Shown here: piece after piece, positions 46,101 to 52,307 of the stretch
How positions within the stretch are numbered: position 1 is the first letter of the stretch
Layout: every line of letters begins with the position of its first letter
Assembly (NCBI GenBank): GCA_041167545.1
Contig: JBEEHT010000044.1
Coordinates: 9,113-73,112, forward strand
DNA from: Verrucomicrobiota bacterium
GTDB lineage: Bacteria; Verrucomicrobiota; Verrucomicrobiia; Chthoniobacterales; UBA10450
Reading direction: 5' to 3'
DNA length: 64,000 nucleotides
Translations under genes and position numbers: made by a program
Notes under the pieces: model-generated
The model's database searches: none
Seen by the model: the letters and a program-made list of their open reading frames with translations, nothing else
Told to the model about the DNA's origin: nothing

Positions 46101-46333
46101 CCTACGAGGGCAAGCCGGGCGCCTACCAGATCGCGAACATCGACGCGCTTCGGAAAGAATTGGACGACGTCACGAAAGAGTTCGAGCAGCTCGTCACGAA
46201 AGATTTGCCGGCGTTGAACGATGCGCTCAAGGCGAAAGGCAAGGAAGCGATTCCTCCACCGCCCGCGAAGGTGGCGCTCAACGACCAGTCGTTAGGCTCG
46301 GGCAGCGAGGCGATTCCGGCAGCGTTCCGGTAG
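43154..46333 (+). CDS. VPS10/sortilin-like BNR-repeat protein (double beta-propeller)
   Basis: 1059 aa with a signal peptide. Many Asp-box repeats: 'WKSEDGGTRY', 'YKSGDGGETWT', 'YKTTDGGKNWN', 'FRSADGGATWT', 'VSDDGGATWD', 'SRDHGQTWE', 'TRDGAKTWT', 'TTDFGKTWT', 'SIDGGKAWA'. Confidence 0.8.
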   Translation: MRFLKYFLVTAFCFAGASFAAEQAPFNSSTISGLGARNIGSATMSGRISAVAATREPSGKLTLFVGAASGGVWKSEDGGTRYKPVFDEQPVQSIGALALDPKNSKNLWVGTGESWTRNSVSVGNGIYKSGDGGETWTYTGLPNSERVSKIIVSPISGDTVYAAVPGALWSDSPDRGLYKTTDGGKNWNLILKGSNLSTGASTIAMDPGDPNVLFAGMWDFRRKGWTFRSGGEGPDKPSGSGLFRSADGGATWTEITAEANKGFPKKPYGRIAVAIAPSNAKRVYAFVESTDSALFVSDDGGATWDKRDKSNWMVWRPFYFANLIVDPKNPDRLFKTDGPLILSEDAGKSFATVGGFQGAHGDMHDVWIDPANTQNVVAGDDGGIWYSYNSGSKWWKGDNLPVSQFYHVSVDDNDPFRVYGGLQDNSSWVGQSQYPGGISNAQWENMYGGDGFWMFPDPSDPDYLYAEAQGGFVGRVNRYTHERRDIQPKPNYKEKLRWNWNTPIALSPNEKSTIYIGAQFLFRSRDHGQTWERISPDLSTNDPEKQKQEQSGGVTVDNSAAEMHTTIYSISESPKDKNVIWVGTDDGNIQVTRDGAKTWTNVVGNVTGVPKNSWVSWIQAGNFDAGTALVAFDRHTFGDLAPYVFRTTDFGKTWTPLLTAQDSKGVSGYAHVVKEDLVQKNLLFVGTEFGLFVSIDGGKAWAQFKGSHFPAVAVRDLAVHPRDHDLVLATHGRGIWVIDDITPWRALSPELLTQEAAFVSARPVQQRIDANGGWPSGAASFTGPNPPDAAAITYYQRSRHLFGKLKLEVLDASGRVVDDLPASKRPGLNRVFWSMHEKPPRVPPAVQIAGAGTRGPRLLPGVYTVRMTKGGKVSETKLTVGLDRRAKFNEADRKAQFDAAMKVHALFGDESALMDRILFLRGAVKKTAGALPEGDELRKPVGDFDTKIDAVRKQIVATTEGGAITGEERLREHTDQLYGAILAYEGKPGAYQIANIDALRKELDDVTKEFEQLVTKDLPALNDALKAKGKEAIPPPPAKVALNDQSLGSGSEAIPAAFR

Positions 46334-46348
46334 GCGTTCGTGAGGTCA

Positions 46349-48166
46349 TCAACCGCCCGGAGGCGCGGGGATGACTACGATTTTTTTTGAAGGAAGCGAC
46401 AGCATCCACTGACCGTCGGGCGTCACGCCGATAAAACGTGCCCGGGTCTGCCCGCGTGGCAGCGGCGGCAGCGATCGCTCCGCGTCTTCCGCATTCACCG
46501 CCACTGGCACGCGCCGTTCTAAATCTTTCTTCGATTCGCGTTTCGCTTTTGCGAGCCGCTCTGTTTTCGCGGGTAATCTGGTTTCGACTTTCGTTTCCGA
46601 ATCGGAGGTCGCATCGGGCGCGATATTTTCTGGTCCTTCCCCCGGCGGCGCCGGTTCGGCGCGTCTAACTTCAGGTGAAACCGGTCGTGCGGTGGGAATT
46701 GCTGTCACGTCCGTGGTGCGATGCGATTGCGGTTCGCTCGCCGGAGTGGCGGGCGTTTGTGCCGGCTTCACGGATGCAGTCAGTTCCCGCGAAGTATCCT
46801 TTTCAGTGCGCGGGGGAGTCGCGTCGTTGGCCACAACTCTGGGCTGCTCCTCAATCTGCGGGTTCGCCGCCGGCGCGGGCTCCACAGGCGCGGGCGTCGG
46901 ATTATTCGCGGCCACCACCGCTGCCGAATCGTTCGGAGCCGGCGCTGCATTATTCTGATCGGCGCTATTTACCGGCGGATTTTGAACTTGATTCGAACTT
47001 ACGACGGAAGGGCTCGCCGCCGGATTTGTCGCAACGACGGCGGGCGCGGCTGGAGCTGCGGCATCGGGAACGCCAATCGGCACGCCGATCGGTTCTTCCG
47101 CCTGTCGAATCCGTTCATGCCGGAGATATCCGGGCACGATGAACGCAGCCAGCGTCGCGATCGCGAGCAGCACTGCGGCCAGAGCGAGCGCTTTCGTGGG
47201 GAAACGCCGCGGCGCACGCACGGCGACTGTCTTGGATCGTGAAAACAACGGGACACCGAACCGGCGCGCCAGCGTTTCGCGCCGACCGATTTGCGCCAGG
47301 CAATCCTTGATCTGCCGGTAGAACGCGAGCGGATCCTGCGGCCGTCCGTTCGGGCTTGCCGCCAGCATTTGCGCGAGCAAACGACGAACCCGCTTCGGCA
47401 TCCCGCTCAATTTATCCACGGCCAGACCGTTCGTCGTCGGTTGCATCGCGAGCGGGCCGTTCGGCGCCATGAGCGGCGGCGCGCCCGTGAGCAGAAACCA
47501 CATGGTCGCGCCTAACGAGTAAAGTTCGGACCGGAAATCCACCTTGCCATGCTGGAGCTGCTCCGGGCTGGCGTAATGCGAAGACTTGTCGAACGAAGCG
47601 ACCGAAATGTCCGTCTCGCTGGAAAACTTCGGGGCGACACCGACGAAATGCAGCACCTTTACCAGCGGCCAATCGCCTTCCGGCGTCTGGCCCGGGACGA
47701 GGAGCAGGTTCGTGGGATTGATCGCATGGTGCGAAATCTTTTGCATCGCGGCCGCGCCCATCGCGCTCACGACTTGCGAAGCGATCCGCAGGACGGCGCC
47801 GGTTGGCATCGGCCCATGCGCGTTCACCCATTCTTCCGCGCTCGTTCCCTCGGACGCTTCAGTGACGTAAATCAGCTGGTCCTCCTCGACCCCGAAATCG
47901 AAGAGCGCGGGAATGTTAATGTGATTGAGCTTTTTCGCCGCGGCGGCTTCCGCTTCGAGCCGCCCGCGCACGACTTCGTTCAACGAAGCGGCCGGAATCA
48001 CTTCTACGAGAACATCTTGTCCAGAGCCGATCTCCTCGGCCCGATAAACGACCGGGCCGTCATGAGTTTCTGGCGCCGGATCGTTTACGGCCGGTCCGGC
48101 ATTCGAGAGTGCGACCTCGCTGGCTGAGACGCGGTATTTACCAAGGAATATCTTATGTTTTTCCAT
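46349..48166 (-). CDS. Ser/Thr protein kinase-like protein lacking catalytic residues (predicted pseudokinase), with a TM and a Pro/Ala-rich extracytoplasmic tail
   Basis: The kinase-fold C-lobe is kept ('YASPEQL', 'SELYSLGATMWFLLTG'). 'VLVEVIP' replaces VAIK, 'HHAINPTN' replaces HRDLKPxN, and 'VLHFVG' replaces DFG. TM 'ALALAAVLLAIATLAAFIV'. Confidence 0.7.
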   Translation of the reverse strand: MEKHKIFLGKYRVSASEVALSNAGPAVNDPAPETHDGPVVYRAEEIGSGQDVLVEVIPAASLNEVVRGRLEAEAAAAKKLNHINIPALFDFGVEEDQLIYVTEASEGTSAEEWVNAHGPMPTGAVLRIASQVVSAMGAAAMQKISHHAINPTNLLLVPGQTPEGDWPLVKVLHFVGVAPKFSSETDISVASFDKSSHYASPEQLQHGKVDFRSELYSLGATMWFLLTGAPPLMAPNGPLAMQPTTNGLAVDKLSGMPKRVRRLLAQMLAASPNGRPQDPLAFYRQIKDCLAQIGRRETLARRFGVPLFSRSKTVAVRAPRRFPTKALALAAVLLAIATLAAFIVPGYLRHERIRQAEEPIGVPIGVPDAAAPAAPAVVATNPAASPSVVSSNQVQNPPVNSADQNNAAPAPNDSAAVVAANNPTPAPVEPAPAANPQIEEQPRVVANDATPPRTEKDTSRELTASVKPAQTPATPASEPQSHRTTDVTAIPTARPVSPEVRRAEPAPPGEGPENIAPDATSDSETKVETRLPAKTERLAKAKRESKKDLERRVPVAVNAEDAERSLPPLPRGQTRARFIGVTPDGQWMLSLPSKKIVVIPAPPGG

Positions 48167-48294
48167 ACACAGAACGAGTCCCCGCCCCTTTATTGATTCG
48201 AATGCCGCCGCGATGGCGGGTGTTCGGGCTCGTGAAATTTAGACTTTCGTCACGGAAAATAATTCAAAGGGACACGCCTTATTATTCTTCGATC

Positions 48295-50379
48295 TCACCG
48301 CCTTCCTTTCGGACGCGGCTGAAGGTCGTTCACGATCGCCACGAAGCGTGGGTCGCTCCGCACGGCGTCCCACGCTGGATCGTATTTGAGCTGCCCGTAA
48401 GCCGGCCCACCCGGCGTCTTCGCCAAAAAGGCGAGCTGTTCGATCGCGGGAGTAGTGTCGCCGATCCATGCCTGGATCAAGGCCAGCGAAGTCATGACCG
48501 TCGCGCCATCGACTGCGTCATCCGCGATCGGTCGCAACTCCGTGGCGCGGCGTCCTTCGCGCAAGGCGTCTTCTTTTCGCGCAAGCCCCGCATCGACGAT
48601 CCCGAGCGTGACAATCAAAAGCGGATCGTCGCGTCGCTCGGCCAATTGCGCCTCCAACTTCGCCCGGGCGACGGCGAAAGCTTGCCGGGCTTTCGCTTCA
48701 TCGCCGCTGGCGCGCGCGATCAATCCTTCGTAAAAACTCGCCGGAACGACAGGGCCGGCGCCCGTCGGCAATTCCTCCTTCTGCGACGCCGCGAGGATTC
48801 TTGCAGCGGATCCGAAGTCGCGCTCATAAAGGGCCAGATAGATTCGCGTGAAAGTTGTGGCGCCAGATGGATCGTAGCCTTCCGGCAACAAACTCAACAA
48901 CGATCGCGCTGTTTTGGTTTCACCCTTCTCCAACTCAATCTGGGCGCAGATCAACTGGCAGTAATCCCTGGTGCTGGGATTCGCCGCGACGGCACGGGCG
49001 TAGACCGCCAGCTCGTCGTCATACCGCCGGAGAAGATCGTAAACATCGGAGAGGTTGTTCAGGATTTTCGGATTCCGCGGATCCAATTCCACCGCCTTCT
49101 CCAGGTCCTTGACCGCGTCATCCCAGCGCCCCTGACGCCGCGCCATCACGCCGCCGAGCGCATAGACCTCCGCGCTATTTGGGAGAGTGCGTTTCGCGAT
49201 CGCGAGTTGTTCAAGCGCCCGGGCGTAATCGCGGTTTCCATGATAGTAAACCAACGCCTGGGCCAGATGCGCCTCGCCTAAATCCGGCGCCAGAGCGAGC
49301 GCCTTTTGCGCAGTCGCCTGGGCTTGCGCCAGCCGCGCCGGGGTGTGGTCGAGATCGTGCCAATACAGGCCATCGTGTGCCGTGGTGATCCAGCAATAAG
49401 CGAGGGCGAAATTCGGATCGCGCGAAATCGCTTCGTCGAGCAATCGCACCGCCTTGAGCAGCGTTTCTTTCCAGTTCGGCGTGTCGTGAAAAGTCTTGAG
49501 CAGTTCCTTAGCGCGCAAGTAGAGGTCGAATGCTTCGATGTCGCGGGTCGATTGCTGGATCGCCGCCTTTTCGGATGGCGAAAGCTTCGCCTGGAGCTGG
49601 CCGGCAATCGCCTGCGCGATTTCGCTTTGAATGGCGAACGCGTCCGCGATCTCGCGATCGTACTGCTCGGCCCATAAATGAGCGTCGGTGCGCGCGTCAA
49701 TCAATTGCGCCATGACCTTTATCCGGTTCTTCGTGCGCTGGACGCTGCCTTCCAGGAGATAGGCGACGCCAAGTTGCCGCCCAATTTCGCGCATGTTCCG
49801 CGCATCGCCGGCCTTGTAGACCATCACGGAGGAGCGACTGATCACCTTCAGATCCGCGACCTTCGCCAGATCGGTCAGGATCTCGTCCTGGATGCCATCA
49901 GTGAAGTAAACGTTTTCCTCTTGCGCGCTCAGATTACTGAACGGCAGCACCGCGATGGATTTTTCCGGGATGGATGGGGCGGGCGCGACGGGCAGGGCTG
50001 GATCGTCCTGTTTCGCGCTGGGCGACGTGCGCCGCGCAAATTGGATGAGGAACAGCCCAATCGCGATCGCGGCGACAACCGACGCAAAGGCCAGGAGTTT
50101 TCGGCCGGTATGGCGCCGAATCGATTTGTGGACCGGCACGTCTTCAGTGCGCTTGATGCCTTCCGGAGTGATTTCGAAGGCCCACGCCAAAATGAGGGCC
50201 AGGGGAAATCCCAAGACGAGAAGAAGGATCACCACGCGGATCGCCCAGCTCGGAATCTCGAAGAATGGAAATACCTGGGTCACAACCTGGATGAGCACCC
50301 AGCCGACGACGGCATAGGTAACAGCCATCCGGTAAATATTGCGCCGCTGCAATTCGCTGAAAAAATTGCGCCAGTTCAT
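48295..50379 (-). CDS. membrane-anchored TolB_N-like and TPR repeat protein
   Basis: 'FFSELQRRNIYRMAVTYAVVGWVLIQV...FEITPEGIKRT' (conserved N-terminal membrane module). 'IAVLPFSNLSAQEENVYFTDGIQDEILTDLAKV', then multiple TPRs. Start at ATG 50379. Confidence 0.7.
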   Translation of the reverse strand: MNWRNFFSELQRRNIYRMAVTYAVVGWVLIQVVTQVFPFFEIPSWAIRVVILLLVLGFPLALILAWAFEITPEGIKRTEDVPVHKSIRRHTGRKLLAFASVVAAIAIGLFLIQFARRTSPSAKQDDPALPVAPAPSIPEKSIAVLPFSNLSAQEENVYFTDGIQDEILTDLAKVADLKVISRSSVMVYKAGDARNMREIGRQLGVAYLLEGSVQRTKNRIKVMAQLIDARTDAHLWAEQYDREIADAFAIQSEIAQAIAGQLQAKLSPSEKAAIQQSTRDIEAFDLYLRAKELLKTFHDTPNWKETLLKAVRLLDEAISRDPNFALAYCWITTAHDGLYWHDLDHTPARLAQAQATAQKALALAPDLGEAHLAQALVYYHGNRDYARALEQLAIAKRTLPNSAEVYALGGVMARRQGRWDDAVKDLEKAVELDPRNPKILNNLSDVYDLLRRYDDELAVYARAVAANPSTRDYCQLICAQIELEKGETKTARSLLSLLPEGYDPSGATTFTRIYLALYERDFGSAARILAASQKEELPTGAGPVVPASFYEGLIARASGDEAKARQAFAVARAKLEAQLAERRDDPLLIVTLGIVDAGLARKEDALREGRRATELRPIADDAVDGATVMTSLALIQAWIGDTTPAIEQLAFLAKTPGGPAYGQLKYDPAWDAVRSDPRFVAIVNDLQPRPKGRR

Positions 50380-50455
50380 CCTCAATCCGCTTTTAGCGCG
50401 ATCGAGCCGAACGCGCGAGCATAACTGAATGCGATCCGCGATCCTTACCAGGGAG

Positions 50456-50520
50456 CGCGGTTTAATTGCCTTGCAGTTTTGTTCCGCGGCGCCCAGGCTC
50501 AAATCTCAATCCAAAAGCCT
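50456..50520 (+). promoter_or_regulatory. conserved upstream element, copy A (TTAAT-n-GCCTTGCAG-N17-CAGGCT-N21-ATG)
   Basis: Aligns with copies B and C. CTTGCAG ends 44 nt before the ATG, and 'CCTATGAAAC' spans the start. Confidence 0.45.
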
Positions 50521-50655
50521 ATGAAACGATTCCTGATCTCCGCCATGCTGGTGTTAATCGGCAGCATCTTGCTCACATCCTGCACGACGGTACCGCACGA
50601 AACGCCGAATAATGCGACCACCAACACCTCGACCTCGCGCACTTACTCGAAGTAA
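50521..50655 (+). CDS. small lipoprotein (44 aa), Thr/Asn-rich tail
   Basis: 'MKRFLISAMLVLIGSILLTSCTTVPHETPNNATTNTSTSRTYSK'. Lipobox 'LLTSC'. Below the ORF-track length cut-off; found by reading. Confidence 0.5.
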   Translation: MKRFLISAMLVLIGSILLTSCTTVPHETPNNATTNTSTSRTYSK

Positions 50656-50681
50656 TCTCCCTCTCGTCGCGTTCCACTGAC

Positions 50682-50747
50682 CGCGGTTTTAATGGCTTGC
50701 AGTTTTCTTCCGGGCCGGACAGGCTCGCGTCCTCACTCCGCAAGCCT
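50682..50747 (+). promoter_or_regulatory. conserved upstream element, copy B
   Basis: 'CGCGGTTTTAATGGCTTGCAGTTTTCTTCCG...CAGGCTC...AGCCTATGAAAC'. CTTGCAG ends 45 nt before the ATG. Confidence 0.45.
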
Positions 50748-50942
50748 ATGAAACAATCCCTTATCTCTACAGTCGCCTTGATGATGGTGGCCGGCACCAC
50801 CGTCCCCCGCGAAAATCCGACGCCGGACACCACGGTCCCGCGAGAAGATCCGCCCGAAGCTCCGGGAGAAGGACCGCCGGATACCAAGGGCCCGCGGGAG
50901 CATCCGCGGGAAACTACGGTCCCGCGAGAAGATCCGTCGTAG
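50748..50942 (+). CDS. small secreted peptide (64 aa) with three TTVPRE[ND]P repeats
   Basis: 'MKQSLISTVALMMVAGTTVPRENPTPDTTVPREDPPEAPGEGPPDTKGPREHPRETTVPREDPS'. Homologous to the preceding gene through 'TTVP(H/R)E', but the lipobox Cys is replaced by Gly. Confidence 0.45.
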   Translation: MKQSLISTVALMMVAGTTVPRENPTPDTTVPREDPPEAPGEGPPDTKGPREHPRETTVPREDPS

Positions 50943-51005
50943 TCTGCGGGCTTTCGCCGGCGCTAGCCGGTTGACCGCCAGAATGGCGGCTGCGACGCTG
51001 AGCGC

Positions 51006-51338
51006 ATGCCACAGCGCCAGCACTATCTTTTCGTCTGCGCCAATCGACGCGCCGATGATGACGAGAAGGGCTCGTGCGCCGTTCGCGGTTCGGAAGAGGT
51101 TCGGGCGCTCTTGAAAGAACAACTGGCGAGGCGCGGCCTGGCCAAAGTTGAGGCGCGGATCTGCGCCAGCAGTTGCCTCGATCAATGCTCGAGTGGCATC
51201 TGCATCCTGGTCGAGCCCGACCATTTCTTTTACGGTCACGTGACCGTGGCCGACCTCCCGGAAATTGTCGATGCGATCGCGAATGGTGGCAGGGTCGAGC
51301 GGCTCGTCCTAAGTCCTGACGACCTCGCCAAAAGCTAA
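51006..51338 (+). CDS. thioredoxin-like [2Fe-2S] ferredoxin-domain protein
   Basis: 'YLFVCANRRADDDEKGSCAVRGSEEV' and 'SSCLDQCSSGICILVEPD' give the 4-Cys pattern of 2Fe-2S_thioredox-type ferredoxins. The overlapping minus-strand ORFs were rejected. Confidence 0.7.
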   Translation: MPQRQHYLFVCANRRADDDEKGSCAVRGSEEVRALLKEQLARRGLAKVEARICASSCLDQCSSGICILVEPDHFFYGHVTVADLPEIVDAIANGGRVERLVLSPDDLAKS

Positions 51339-51356
51339 AGGCGCGCTTCGCCTTTT

Positions 51357-51752
51357 TCAGCCCACTTTGCTCTCGAGCAAAGCCTTCAATAGATGTCGGT
51401 GGCAATGCGGTTCTTCTTCCGCGCAATGGCAGAGCAGCGTTACCGTCTGCTTTTCGGCCAGATGTTGCAGCAGCCGCAACGTAAACTTTTGGCCGTGATT
51501 CTTGATTCGCCGGTTCGATCGATCGATGCCCCCCGGCGCGCGCAATTCCTGGCGATAACGCCGGCCATACTCCGCCCATCCGATTTTCCCGGCCAGGAAC
51601 GCGTCGCGAAGCCGCTCGCTGGGCCCCAGATTCGCCATCCAGATATCGTAGCGGTCTTTCGGCAAACCGCGCCCGCGTCCACGCGCCGCCAGGATTCGCA
51701 GACCATCTTTTGGCGGTTCGATTTGGGTGTGAACGGACTTTGTCTTAAACAT
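51357..51752 (-). CDS. DUF488-family protein
   Basis: 'DIWMANLGPSERL...F..GKIGWAEYGRRYRQEL' and 'TLLCHCAEEEPHCHRHLL' match the DUF488 pattern. Start at ATG 51752. Confidence 0.7.
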   Translation of the reverse strand: MFKTKSVHTQIEPPKDGLRILAARGRGRGLPKDRYDIWMANLGPSERLRDAFLAGKIGWAEYGRRYRQELRAPGGIDRSNRRIKNHGQKFTLRLLQHLAEKQTVTLLCHCAEEEPHCHRHLLKALLESKVG

Positions 51753-51832
51753 CAGGTTTCTCCTTAGGATTCGGACCTGCCCGGGCATTTTCACCGGGAT
51801 TGCGATGCAATTTCAATCTTTCTTCCCTTCGA

Positions 51833-51890
51833 AATAATGCTTGCAGTCCCTGAATCGACCGAACATTCTCCCCTCGTTAACTACCAACCT
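51833..51890 (+). promoter_or_regulatory. conserved upstream element, copy C
   Basis: 'AATAATGCTTGCAGT-N..-CATTCT-..-AACCTATGAAAC'. CTTGCAG ends 44 nt before the ATG. Confidence 0.45.
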
Positions 51891-52187
51891 ATGAAACGAT
51901 CACTCATCTATTCCATCACTGTTTTAGCGGCGGCAGGGCTCATGGCCTCATGCACCACTAAGAACGAATCGGCCACTACGACAACGACGGCGCCGGCGTC
52001 GACTACTACCAAGAAGTCGGCCACCACCACCAAGAAGTCGTCCACGATGAAGAAGGACACGACGAAGAAGGACACGAGCGCCGACACCTCGGCGACCACC
52101 AAGAAGTCGACGACCACTGAAAAGGCCTCGACCAAAAAGTCCAGCACTTCGCCGTCGCCCTCTGCTTCGCCGACCGCAACTCCGTAA
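51891..52187 (+). CDS. small lipoprotein (98 aa) with a Thr/Lys/Ser-rich low-complexity tail
   Basis: 'MKRSLIYSITVLAAAGLMASCTTKNESATTTTTAPASTTTKKSATTTKKSS...'. Lipobox 'LMASC'. Repeated ACCAAGAAGTCG units. Confidence 0.55.
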   Translation: MKRSLIYSITVLAAAGLMASCTTKNESATTTTTAPASTTTKKSATTTKKSSTMKKDTTKKDTSADTSATTKKSTTTEKASTKKSSTSPSPSASPTATP

Positions 52188-52232
52188 TCCGGAGTTCGCC
52201 GCAGCCTAACGCTCGGCGCAGTAAACTATAGC

Positions 52233-52278
52233 GGGGTTAGTTAGCTGTAACTCAGCTGACTAACCCCGTGCTGTTTTT
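52233..52278 (+). terminator. rho-independent terminator
   Basis: Stem GGGGTTAGTTAGCTG / CAGCTGACTAACCCC (1 mismatch), loop 'taact', followed by 'gtgctgTTTTT'. Confidence 0.6.
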
Positions 52279-52307
52279 GGGGGGCGGAAATGTTTGCAGG
52301 GCGCGGG

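Noticed and set aside
50573-51579. Minus-strand ORFs (50573-50887, 50733-51239, 50914-51579) covering the small-peptide and ferredoxin region.
   Set aside because: They give Arg/Gly-rich translations without motifs. The plus strand carries a convincing [2Fe-2S] ferredoxin-like gene and the motif-preceded small genes.
52289-52300. AATGTTTGCAGG resembles the TAATGCTTGCAG upstream motif of the small lipoprotein genes.
   Set aside because: No ATG or signal-peptide ORF follows at the 44-45-nt spacing. The downstream plus strand is antisense to the BNR gene. This is probably a chance partial match.
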